From: an uncultured Thiothrix sp.
GTDB taxonomy: Bacteria; Pseudomonadota; Gammaproteobacteria; Thiotrichales; Thiotrichaceae
Assembly (NCBI GenBank): GCA_964420315.1
Contig: CAYQTB010000001.1
Location: 24,310-88,309 of the forward strand
Length of the DNA stretch: 64,000 nt
Direction of reading: 5' to 3'
Shown here: piece by piece, positions 10,088 through 18,951 of the stretch
Position numbering within the stretch: position 1 is the stretch's first letter
Layout of the letters: each line of letters begins with the position of its first letter
Notes under the pieces: model-generated
Told to the model about the DNA's origin: nothing
The model's input: the letters and a program-made list of their open reading frames with translations, nothing else
Databases searched by the model: none
Program-made: the position numbers and the translations under genes

Positions 10088-10131
10088 GACTTGTCCTCCT
10101 TGATGAATATTTTTAATATAATGTTAATACA

Positions 10132-11343
10132 CTATTTAGAACCAGCCTGCCAATTCAGACCCCAGTGGTAGGCTTGATCCATTTCTTTATGCCCACGGAA
10201 ATAACGTACTTCACGGTTGACTTGCAACGCGCCATTGATGTTTTCCAGCAAGACTACCGCACACATACCCAGTGAATTGCTGCCTTCGGTTAAACGAATT
10301 TCTAACGGCGGTTCATTCGGCACGTAAATCGTGACCACACCATCGGTTCGTGCCCAGTTGGGCGCACCTTCGTAGATAAAGGCATACACCAGAATACGCT
10401 TGAAGGTTTGCCATTGTTGCCCGTTAATGTACAGCCATTCGCCTTCTGAAATTGCGCCCGTGCGGTCATCGCCTTTGAGTTCGATATACGGGTCGCTGCG
10501 GAATGCACCAAAGCGATTGCCGAGGGCTTGAATCGCACTGATGGTGCCGTCACGCTGTTCGTACAAACAGCCAACATCCAGATCCACTTGCCCCTTGCTG
10601 CCACCACCGAACAAGCCACCCAGTAAACCACCACTTTTGGCAGCCGGTGCTTGATCACGATTCCAGTTCAGGTTGATACGGATTTCGCCGAAGCCCTCGG
10701 TTTTCTTTTCCAGACTGACTCGCGGCTTGGTTTTATCCAGCGTCACTTTGCTCAGGGAAATCGGCTTTTTCGCGGGTGCAGGTGGCGGCGGCGGTGCTGC
10801 CGCTGGTGTCGGGTCACTGATTTCCACCCCGAAATGTTCTGCCAGCGGTTTTAAACCACCCGCAAACCCTTGCCCAACCGCACGGAATTTCCACTGCCCT
10901 TGGCGCAGGTATAATTCACCCAGAATCAGCGCCGATTCAATCATGCCCTTGGCAGGCAAGGTAGCTTGCAACACCGCCTGCCCCGCCGCGTTTTTTACAG
11001 TGATTTGCAAGCTGGTGAATGCGCCGAAATTGGTGCGGTTTTCGTGAATCGTGGCGGTGAACGCGACTTTTTCGGTGTCGGCTAACAGATTCGGCAAGTC
11101 AACACTGAATTCGGCACGACCAGCACTGTTGCCGACAAACACGACGCTGCCATTACCGGGGCGCGGTTGCCCGTAAAATACCATGTCATCATCGCCGCGT
11201 ACTTTGCCGTTAGCCGTCAGGGCGAATGCAGAAATATCCACCTCTGCCCCACTGACTTGCACAGGCGATAGCAGGACTTCAACGTGCAGTTTTTCACGCG
11301 GTACGGGGCAATTTGCTCCTGCCACCAGTTGAGTCACCGACAT
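10132..11343 (-). CDS. terA: TerA-like protein (two TerD-like domains joined by a Pro-rich linker)
   Basis: 403 aa. The first TerD-like domain ends in [15 protein letters not shown] linker PTPAAAPPPPPAPAKKP follows, then a second domain (IRINLNWN..VDLDVGCLY). Confidence 0.8.
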   Translation of the reverse strand: MSVTQLVAGANCPVPREKLHVEVLLSPVQVSGAEVDISAFALTANGKVRGDDDMVFYGQPRPGNGSVVFVGNSAGRAEFSVDLPNLLADTEKVAFTATIHENRTNFGAFTSLQITVKNAAGQAVLQATLPAKGMIESALILGELYLRQGQWKFRAVGQGFAGGLKPLAEHFGVEISDPTPAAAPPPPPAPAKKPISLSKVTLDKTKPRVSLEKKTEGFGEIRINLNWNRDQAPAAKSGGLLGGLFGGGSKGQVDLDVGCLYEQRDGTISAIQALGNRFGAFRSDPYIELKGDDRTGAISEGEWLYINGQQWQTFKRILVYAFIYEGAPNWARTDGVVTIYVPNEPPLEIRLTEGSNSLGMCAVVLLENINGALQVNREVRYFRGHKEMDQAYHWGLNWQAGSK

Positions 11344-11353
11344 CGCGTTACTC

Positions 11354-11953
11354 CTAGAGTGCCGCCAATACCGCAGGCATCATATCGTTGGCGACTGCGC
11401 CCGCTGTGGGCGTGCCGACCGCTTTCATCTCCCAGCCGGCACCGTTACGGCTCACAATCGCCATGACCACACCCGTGTGTGCGCCTTTGTCGGACAGGTT
11501 GAATTTCGCCATTTCGGTATTGTTGCTGTCATCGACCAAACGGCAGAATGCACCGCCGACTTCGTTGAAGGTTTGACCACGGAATGAGCAGACGGTGAAG
11601 GCTAGGTGCGCGACATTGCTGGGCAAACGGGTCAAATCGACGAAAATGACTTCATCATCGCCCGAACCTTCCCCAGTCAGATTGTCACCGGAGTGGCGAA
11701 TTGAACCGTCGCGGCTTTCCAGTTGACGAAACCATACTACGTCAAGCAGGTTTTTTTGCGCATCCAGCAACAAGCAGGAAGCGTCCAAGTCGATGTCTGC
11801 CGCTGCACCACCACCGAACATGCTGCCGAAGAAACCGCTTTTTTTCGGTGCTTCTGCCGGATCCCAGCCCAAGCCCATACGCACTTTACTCAAACCACCG
11901 CCGTCGCTCTTTTCCAGCGAAATGCGTTGACCTTTGCTTAAACTTACAGCCAT
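11354..11953 (-). CDS. terZ: TerZ-like TerD-domain protein
   Basis: MAVSLSKGQRISL; GDNLTGEGSGDDE. I chose the ATG at 11953, which has GGAGA 5 nt upstream, rather than 11965. The stop lies 10 nt before the terA ATG. Confidence 0.8.
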   Translation of the reverse strand: MAVSLSKGQRISLEKSDGGGLSKVRMGLGWDPAEAPKKSGFFGSMFGGGAAADIDLDASCLLLDAQKNLLDVVWFRQLESRDGSIRHSGDNLTGEGSGDDEVIFVDLTRLPSNVAHLAFTVCSFRGQTFNEVGGAFCRLVDDSNNTEMAKFNLSDKGAHTGVVMAIVSRNGAGWEMKAVGTPTAGAVANDMMPAVLAAL

Positions 11954-11989
11954 GAGAATCTCCATCTTTCTGTATTGTTGACTCGTTAC

Positions 11990-12018
11990 ATCTTAGGGAG
12001 TCACCTGAAGACAGGCAA
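11990..12018 (-). promoter_or_regulatory. candidate sigma70 promoter for terZ-terA-terD-terD-terB
   Basis: The minus strand reads TTGCCT (12018-12013)-N17-TAAGAT (11995-11990), about 35 nt upstream of the terZ ATG, within the 104-bp gap after the AAA+ ATPase gene. Confidence 0.4.
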
Positions 12019-12069
12019 CACTCACCCAGAATTGTCAGGTTATTTCAGCTTAACGGTTGCAATGGCATG

Positions 12070-13260
12070 TCAATACAGCATTCCAAACAACCACAACGGA
12101 ATACGCTTGCCGTCACCCATCACCACATCATCCACCGCCACATACCCGTGCGGGTTGCCCTCCAACTGTTTGAGCGTCTTGTTTGCCCCACCAATCTCAA
12201 ACACCCACAGGTCATCCACCCGAAAATCGCCTTTGTCGTGGTAATGCACCTGATGCTGATACGCCAGTTGCGACACAAAAAAACTTTCACGGATCGAGCC
12301 GATATTCGGCGCAGCACATAAAGCGTAAAACAGGTTGGTATTATCCAGCAGCAGCTTGTCCGGTTTATTCACTGTACGCATCCCGCTGCCACCCCGCACA
12401 AGATGCACCAAACTCCCCGCACTCATGCGCTCCAGATATTTGGACAGCGTAGCCCACGACGCCCCCACCGCCGCACTCAGTTTGGATACATTCATCTCCA
12501 CCGGATCCGTGCTACACAGCATGTACAACACCTTTTTCAGCTTATCGAGCTTGAGCGGGTCGATGTTATACAGCCCGCACAAATCCGCGTCGATGGTCAA
12601 ATTAACCACTTCCAACAGCTTGCGGGTGTAATTGTCCAGCGACTCGCGGTAGAACGGGTATGCACCGTATTGCAGGTACTTTTTGAACTGCTCAATCGGG
12701 CGCAACGCCTGCATCACCTCCGCCGCAATAGCCACATGCCCCGCGAGGAGTTCCGCCAACGGATACGCCGCAAACATCTGTCCCGTTTCAATTTCCATAA
12801 ACTCACGCAAGGACAACACCGGCAAATCATACACCACCGCCCGCCGCGACAAATCCCCCAACTCATGCTCAATCCGCAGCGCCGACGAACCGGAAAAAAT
12901 CACCCGCAATTCAAACGTATCGCGGATGACTTTCAAATGCGCTGCAAAACCGCGTACTTTGTGGATTTCATCCAGCAGCAGCAATTGCCCACCTTCCTGA
13001 TAGAAGGTTTGCGCCAATTCATACAGGCTTACATCCACCATTGCCGGGTGATCACACGCCACATACAGAATGCGCCCTGCCTCCACCCCGCTGCTTTGCG
13101 CATATTGCAGTAGCAAGGTGGTTTTGCCACAGCCGCGTGCGCCTTTGATGCCGATAAGCTGTTCGCCGAAGTCAATTTTCTGGTGCAAAAAACGCCGGTA
13201 TTCCGGCTGCTTACGCGCCAAGATGAAGGCAGATGTTTGCCGCAAGATCGGGGAAATCAT
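12070..13260 (-). CDS. AAA+ ATPase with C-terminal DUF4143 (COG1373 type)
   Basis: 396 aa; Walker A GARGCGKTT; Walker B LLLLDEIH; C-terminal region ending IPLWLFGMLY, as in AAA_14/DUF4143 proteins. Confidence 0.8.
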   Translation of the reverse strand: MISPILRQTSAFILARKQPEYRRFLHQKIDFGEQLIGIKGARGCGKTTLLLQYAQSSGVEAGRILYVACDHPAMVDVSLYELAQTFYQEGGQLLLLDEIHKVRGFAAHLKVIRDTFELRVIFSGSSALRIEHELGDLSRRAVVYDLPVLSLREFMEIETGQMFAAYPLAELLAGHVAIAAEVMQALRPIEQFKKYLQYGAYPFYRESLDNYTRKLLEVVNLTIDADLCGLYNIDPLKLDKLKKVLYMLCSTDPVEMNVSKLSAAVGASWATLSKYLERMSAGSLVHLVRGGSGMRTVNKPDKLLLDNTNLFYALCAAPNIGSIRESFFVSQLAYQHQVHYHDKGDFRVDDLWVFEIGGANKTLKQLEGNPHGYVAVDDVVMGDGKRIPLWLFGMLY

Positions 13261-13293
13261 TTACTATAAAATCCATATTGGATAAAAACCGAT

Positions 13294-14364
13294 TTACTCT
13301 AGCCTAGAGTTTAGGCTATTAGCCCAATGACATGAAACCGTTTTCACACCTTGCAATACCACCGGCGTACTCACCTCACTCACCCGCAAACCGTAACGAA
13401 TGGGAGCAATGCTCAGGGGTTCCCCTCGCAAGCTTTGCAGGAAAACCTCTGCCAGATTGACCCCCGCCAGACACGCCATGCCAAAACCACCGGAAGGACG
13501 CGGATTAATTTCCAGCAAACGCGGATTACCTGCCGCATTCGCCTTGAACTGGATATTGAATAAACCATTCAAGCCATAATGTGCGGTCAAACGTTCGACC
13601 ATGCCTTGAATGTCGGTGTTATTGTCGATTGCCTGCCCATACCCTGCTTGCGGATGCTTTTTGCGCTGGATCGCGCACAGCAATTGCCCGTCACGCCCCG
13701 CACAATCCACGCTCCATTCGTCACCGGGCAAATGTTCCATCACCAGCAATTCGGGGAATGTCGGCGTATTTTCCATCCCTGCACGTAATTCTGCCAGCGG
13801 GATTTCGTATTCCACGCCCTCCAGCAAATGCGTGATGCTGTCGCGTTGCGTGTCCAGAATGCGGAATCCTAAGCCAAATACCGACTCAGCGGGTTTCACG
13901 CACAAAGCTGCGTGCTGGCGTGAAAGTTCCGCCACCGCCTGATCAAATCCGTTGCTGTCCGTCACCGCGATACACGCCATCGTGGATGCCACACTGGGCG
14001 GCAACGTGCGGTAAAACTCGCCTTTATGGTGTAATAACTTCAGTGTTTCCGGGGATGCCACCGCAATCAACTGCGTTCCCACTTGCGCAAAATCGGCTTG
14101 GTGACGCACCAGCAAGACCGCTTCTTTTGCAGGCCAGAAATAATCAATGTGATGCCGTTGGCAAAAGCTCAAACACCAATCCAGATAAGCTGCCCCGACC
14201 AAACCGGGCGATTCATGCATCGCTTCGTTTGCTGCTAATAAGGCAACTGCCGCAGGATTCGTATGGGTGGCGATGACGGTGACACCCTGACCCACACGGG
14301 CTTGGCGAAGGTTGTTAAATACCGAGGTAATGCTGGAAAATGTCTTATTGAACCAAATGCGCAT
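13294..14364 (-). CDS. ATP-grasp domain protein (Ter-linked biosynthetic cluster)
   Basis: 356 aa; CVKPAESVFGLGF; LLVMEHLPGDEWSVDC; LLEINPRPSGG, typical of the ATP-grasp C-terminal lobe. Confidence 0.8.
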   Translation of the reverse strand: MRIWFNKTFSSITSVFNNLRQARVGQGVTVIATHTNPAAVALLAANEAMHESPGLVGAAYLDWCLSFCQRHHIDYFWPAKEAVLLVRHQADFAQVGTQLIAVASPETLKLLHHKGEFYRTLPPSVASTMACIAVTDSNGFDQAVAELSRQHAALCVKPAESVFGLGFRILDTQRDSITHLLEGVEYEIPLAELRAGMENTPTFPELLVMEHLPGDEWSVDCAGRDGQLLCAIQRKKHPQAGYGQAIDNNTDIQGMVERLTAHYGLNGLFNIQFKANAAGNPRLLEINPRPSGGFGMACLAGVNLAEVFLQSLRGEPLSIAPIRYGLRVSEVSTPVVLQGVKTVSCHWANSLNSRLE

Positions 14365-14499
14365 GGTATGTCCTGCTTGGAATTGTAGTGATGATGACCT
14401 GCGCTAGTATGCCCGATTTGCCGCAATAATTTCAGGCATTTTCACCCCAATTCTTGCTATCATATTTGTGTGTAACCATGCAGCTCGGTAACAATAATT

Positions 14500-14973
14500 A
14501 TGATGAATTTACCTCTGGGGGCAAACCTGCCACTGACCGGCAACCGCTGGACAGTCCATCTACAACCACTCCCGTTCCGCAACAGCGGTGTCGGTTTGGC
14601 ACAAAGCATTACCACGCTGGGTTATCCGTTAGCGGGTTTGATGGGCAGCGGCATTCAAGTCACGCAAGGCGTTATCTCCGGCTTGTTTGGGGCGCACAAC
14701 GACATTCGCCTCTTGCAATTCACCGCACCGATCCAACCCGGTTCCAGCGGCAGTCCCTTGCTGGATGAAACGGGCGCAGTGTTAGGCGTGGTGTCGTCCA
14801 CGTTTACCCACGCGCAGAACATGAATTTTGCCATCCGTCACAGCTTGGCGATTGCATTAATGGAAGCGGCTAATATCCAATACAACCTACAAAGCAGTGC
14901 GCAAACGCTGTCAGTCGCGCAAATGGTGACGCAAACCCAAAACGCCATCTGGCGTGTAGAATGCGCCAGCTAA
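14500..14973 (+). pseudogene. truncated trypsin-like (S1) serine protease: C-terminal barrel only
   Basis: It contains LGYP..GVISG..IQPGSSGSPLLD (the Ser195-equivalent barrel). No His/Asp-bearing N-terminal barrel is present. The in-frame upstream sequence hits a stop at 14473-14475. Confidence 0.5.
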
Positions 14974-14994
14974 CTAACTACCAATGGATTTTTC

Positions 14995-16092
14995 ATGCAA
15001 ATCACTGTCGCTCTCGACCAAGGCACACTCAACCTGACCATCGAATCCGGCACGCATTCGCCGGATGAGCTCTTCGGCTTTGCGCAACGCCGCAACCCGA
15101 AACGCGCTTTCCTGTTTGTCTCCAACGTGTTGGGCAGGCACATTCCGGTATCGCCAGCGGTTATGCGCAACGCCACCGATACCCTTGCGGCGCAGATCCC
15201 TGCTGACTTGCCGGGACCGGTCGTGGTTATCGGCATGGCAGAAACTGCGATTGCGTTAGGTGCTGGGGTGCAACAAGCCCTCAGCCGTAACCGTGACGAC
15301 ACGCTGTACCTGTGCACCACGCGCCACCCGTTGGACTTGCCGATCTTGGTCGAATTCCGCGAAGAACATAGTCACGCCACCCAACAAGTGCTACACCTGC
15401 CGCAACACGCCGCCGATGTTGAATTGCTACGCACGGCACGTACTTTAGTGTTGGTGGATGACGAAGCATCCACCGGCAAAACCTTCGCCAATTTGTTGGA
15501 AGCCTTGCAACGCGTCGGACTGGATCAGTTTGAACGCATCGTTGCCGCGACCCTCACCGATTGGTCAGGCGGTGCTGCCGCCTCACGGTTGGGTGAACGT
15601 GCCACTGCGGTTTCACTGCTGGCTGGGCATTGGGATTGGCAAGCCAACGACGCGCCCCCGCCGGAAATGCCGCAAGTCGATGTATTGGGCACTGGCGAAT
15701 GGTGCGCCAACCCCGCGAATGATTGGGGACGGTTGGGCGTGCGGGAACATCGCGTAAGAAGAACCTCACCCCCCGCCTCCGGCGAACGCATCCTCGTCCT
15801 TGGTACGGGCGAATTCGTCTGGCCGCCGTTTTTGCTCGCGGAATACCTGGAACAGCAAGGCGCAACCGTGCATTTCAGCGCCACCACCCGTTCGCCGATT
15901 GCCCTAGGTCACAGCATCCAGCACCGCTATTGCTTGCACGACAATTACGGGCAAGGTATCCCTAACTTCCTCTACAACGTCGTGCCTGAAAATTACGACC
16001 GCATTCTATTGTGCTGCGAACCACCCGCGCATTTGCTGGATAAAACACTGATCACCGCCTTAAACCCCACCTGTGTGGAGTTTTACCCGTGA
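14995..16092 (+). CDS. phosphoribosyltransferase-domain protein with C-terminal TRSP domain (Ter-linked)
   Basis: PRPP-binding loop LVLVDDEASTGKTF; C-terminal literal TRSP motif (HFSATTRSPIALG). GTGA overlap with the next gene at 16089-16092. Confidence 0.75.
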   Translation: MQITVALDQGTLNLTIESGTHSPDELFGFAQRRNPKRAFLFVSNVLGRHIPVSPAVMRNATDTLAAQIPADLPGPVVVIGMAETAIALGAGVQQALSRNRDDTLYLCTTRHPLDLPILVEFREEHSHATQQVLHLPQHAADVELLRTARTLVLVDDEASTGKTFANLLEALQRVGLDQFERIVAATLTDWSGGAAASRLGERATAVSLLAGHWDWQANDAPPPEMPQVDVLGTGEWCANPANDWGRLGVREHRVRRTSPPASGERILVLGTGEFVWPPFLLAEYLEQQGATVHFSATTRSPIALGHSIQHRYCLHDNYGQGIPNFLYNVVPENYDRILLCCEPPAHLLDKTLITALNPTCVEFYP

Positions 16093-16823
16093 AGCCCTTA
16101 TTACTCACCGATTTGGATGACACGCTGTTCCAGACGGCGCGAAAGATGCCAGTGGATGCGGATAAAATCCCCGCAGCGCAAGGCAAAACCAGTGACAGCG
16201 GGAGCTTTATGTACCCTTGGCAACACGATTTCATCCACTGGGCGTTGGGTTGTATGACCGTGATTCCAGTGACGGCGCGGGGAATTGAGTCCTTCAGGCG
16301 TGTTCATCTGCCTTTTAAGCACGGCGCGGTGTGTGTGCACGGTGCTGCGCTTCTCACTCCCGACGGTCAGGTGGATGCAGCTTGGCATTCGCACATCCAG
16401 CCGCAACTGGCCGCCTATCAGGAACGCTTACCAGAAATGTTGGCAACCGCGCTGCAAATCGGTGAAACGCTGGGGTTATCTTTACGTGGCTGGCTGGAAT
16501 CGGTAGAAGACACCGCAGCGTATCTGGTGATCAAAAGCAATACCGCCAGCACCGCAGACCTCCAGCAACTGCTGCACAGCTTACGTGACACCCTTAACTT
16601 GCAAGGCTTCTACACCCACATGAATGGCAACAACCTCGCCCTGCTGCCCGATTTCGTCAATAAACGTGCCGCAGCGGCAGAAATATTGCGGCGGCATACG
16701 GCTGAACACGGGCGTACCCCGGTATTCGGTATGGGTGATAGCGTGTCGGATTTAGGCTTCATGCGCTTGTGTGATTTCGCCGCGTTTCCGCCCAACACGC
16801 AAATTTGCAGGCAATTACCATGA
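16089..16823 (+). CDS. HAD-superfamily hydrolase (Ter-linked)
   Basis: N-terminal HAD motif I LLLTDLDDTLF; VIPVTARG (motif II); GMGDSVSDL (motif IV). Confidence 0.75.
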   Translation: MKPLLLTDLDDTLFQTARKMPVDADKIPAAQGKTSDSGSFMYPWQHDFIHWALGCMTVIPVTARGIESFRRVHLPFKHGAVCVHGAALLTPDGQVDAAWHSHIQPQLAAYQERLPEMLATALQIGETLGLSLRGWLESVEDTAAYLVIKSNTASTADLQQLLHSLRDTLNLQGFYTHMNGNNLALLPDFVNKRAAAAEILRRHTAEHGRTPVFGMGDSVSDLGFMRLCDFAAFPPNTQICRQLP

Positions 16824-17893
16824 GCGCAACCCACGGTTTTCACGGCTCGTATGCTGCCAGCGATGTCACGTTTTTGTTGCGGCAAATCGTGATGGAAACC
16901 ACGCCAGTAGAGGAAAAAGAACGCCTGATTCAAAGCGGACAACGCCATTACTCCGAAATGCTGACGCTGGAATCGCCGCCTTCCGCCGCGCATCAAGCAT
17001 TGTTCGAGCAAGCACTGGATGATGGGCTGGAACGCCTTGCCTGCGAGGTGCAAGCCTTGGCACTGGCCTTGCAGCACCGTCGCCCGAATCGCCCGATGGT
17101 GCTGGTGAGTTTCGTGCGGGCAGGTGTACCGTTGGGTGTATTGCTGCAACGTGCCTTGCGCGAATTGGGGGTGGAAAGTGCGCATTACGGCATCAGCATT
17201 GTGCGGGATAAGGGCATCGACCAAGCAGCGGTGGACTGGATTGAGCAACGCCATGCGTTCGCTGACATTGTGTGGGTGGATGGCTGGGTCGGCAAAGGGG
17301 CGATTCACGGCGAATTGCAACGCTCGTTAGGCAAGCGTTACCCTGATAGCGAGATTCCTTTGGTGGTGTTGGCTGACCCGACCGGCAAAGCATGGCTGGC
17401 AGCATCCGGCGAAGATTGGTTGATTCCGTTTGGCATTTTAGGCTCGACCGTTTCCGGCTTGGTGTCACGCTCGATTTTACGCGAGGATGGCGGCTGGCAC
17501 GCGTGCGTCAATTACGCGCATTTGGCGGCACACGATGTTAGCCAGTGGTTTGTCGATACCGTGGATGCTTGCCGCCGCTCTCAGCAAGGGGTTACGACGG
17601 TAGATTGGGCAGATGCGTTACGCCATACGCTGCTGGCACAATCACAAGCCACCCTTGCGCAACTGGTTGAAACTTATGATATTACCAACCTTAACCGCTT
17701 GAAACCGGGGATTGCGGAAGCCACCCGGGCAGTCATGCGGCGCGTGCCAGAACACATTCTGGTGCAGCGTCTCGATGACCCGAATACCCGCTTATTACGC
17801 CATCTTGCCGATTCGCGGGGCATTCCCCTGCAAGCGGTTGGGGATGGGCTTGCGCCATACCGTGCGATAACCATCATCAAGAAGACCACATGA
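16820..17893 (+). CDS. StiP-like protein (PELOTA-like N-domain plus PRTase-like domain; Ter-linked)
   Basis: N-terminus HGSYAASDVTFLL and the central motif VWVDGWVGKGAI match what I recall of the StiP family annotated in ter islands. The ATG at 16820 forms an ATGA overlap with the HAD stop. Confidence 0.65.
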   Translation: MSATHGFHGSYAASDVTFLLRQIVMETTPVEEKERLIQSGQRHYSEMLTLESPPSAAHQALFEQALDDGLERLACEVQALALALQHRRPNRPMVLVSFVRAGVPLGVLLQRALRELGVESAHYGISIVRDKGIDQAAVDWIEQRHAFADIVWVDGWVGKGAIHGELQRSLGKRYPDSEIPLVVLADPTGKAWLAASGEDWLIPFGILGSTVSGLVSRSILREDGGWHACVNYAHLAAHDVSQWFVDTVDACRRSQQGVTTVDWADALRHTLLAQSQATLAQLVETYDITNLNRLKPGIAEATRAVMRRVPEHILVQRLDDPNTRLLRHLADSRGIPLQAVGDGLAPYRAITIIKKTT

Positions 17894-18843
17894 CCACACG
17901 CATTTCCCCTTATCAGTTAGGCGCAACCTTGTACATGCCAGCAACACGCCCCGATTTGCTGGAGGTGATTTTACGGCAAAAAATCCCTGACCTACGTTCG
18001 ATGGTGATTTGCCTCGAAGACGCGGTGCGTGAGGATGAAGTCGCCACCAGCTTAAGTAATCTGCAACACTGTTTGCGCGAACTGCGCGGGCAAGAACGCG
18101 GCGTACCGCTGGTGTTTATTCGCCCTCGCCACCCGCAAATGGCGCATCAATTATTGACGATGCAAGGCATTGAGTGTATTGACGGTTTTGTACTGCCCAA
18201 GTTTGATAACCAGTCGTTTGCGGCGTGGTATGCGGTGGTGCAAGCCGCCCCCACACACTTGCTGTTTATGCCCACGCTGGAAACGGCGCAAGTATTGGAT
18301 GCGCTGGCCGTGCGCGAATTGTGTGAACGCTTGCAAGATAGCGGGATTAAATCACGCATATTGGCGTTGCGGATTGGTGGTAACGATTTGCTGTCGTGCT
18401 TGCGCTTGCGGACGCACCATGCGCATACCTTGTACGATGGCCCGTTGGGGTATGTGGTGGCGATGCTGGTGACGCATTTTGTTCCAGCAGGTTTTCATCT
18501 GACTGCGCCCGTGTTTGAATATTTTCAGGATCACACTATCTTGCAAGCCGAATTTCAGCGCGATTTGCTGCACGGCTTGGTGGGTAAAACCGTGATTCAC
18601 CCCAGCCAGATTGCGGTGATCCATCAAGCATTGAAAGTGGATAGCCGGGATTACGAAGCGGCGTTGCGGATTCTGGATGATGCCATGCCTGCGGTGTTCC
18701 AATTTGAAGGGGCGATGTGCGAACCGGCAACGCATCACCATTGGGCGGTGCAGGTGATGGAACGTGCCAAGCATTTTGGCTGCCATTTGCACGCGGTGGC
18801 GGTGGATGAGGGGATGGAGAAAGAGTGTGCGGCATTGTATTAG
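17890..18843 (+). CDS. HpcH/HpaI aldolase / citrate lyase beta (CitE)-like C-C lyase (Ter-linked)
   Basis: 317 aa; LYMPATRPD, ICLEDAV, RIGGNDL and VIHPSQI are CitE-like TIM-barrel motifs. ATGA overlap at 17890-17893. Confidence 0.8.
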   Translation: MTTRISPYQLGATLYMPATRPDLLEVILRQKIPDLRSMVICLEDAVREDEVATSLSNLQHCLRELRGQERGVPLVFIRPRHPQMAHQLLTMQGIECIDGFVLPKFDNQSFAAWYAVVQAAPTHLLFMPTLETAQVLDALAVRELCERLQDSGIKSRILALRIGGNDLLSCLRLRTHHAHTLYDGPLGYVVAMLVTHFVPAGFHLTAPVFEYFQDHTILQAEFQRDLLHGLVGKTVIHPSQIAVIHQALKVDSRDYEAALRILDDAMPAVFQFEGAMCEPATHHHWAVQVMERAKHFGCHLHAVAVDEGMEKECAALY

Positions 18844-18951
18844 AGCTGCCATCGTCAATATGCATAGCGATTAAGCGTAGGTTCGGTTGATACATCATGA
18901 AAATTTTTCGGTTACAATCGCCATTATTATTGTGTAACCTGATGTTGCCTC

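Noticed and set aside
12403-13113. Long antisense ORFs opposite real genes. Examples: 12403-13113, 18895-19605, 21175-22035, 26034-26600, 39705-40232, 16610-17320, 1434-2099.
   Set aside because: Their translations are low-complexity (R/H/Q/P-rich) with no recognisable motifs. Each lies entirely within a confidently assigned gene on the other strand. These are typical shadow ORFs in GC-rich coding DNA.
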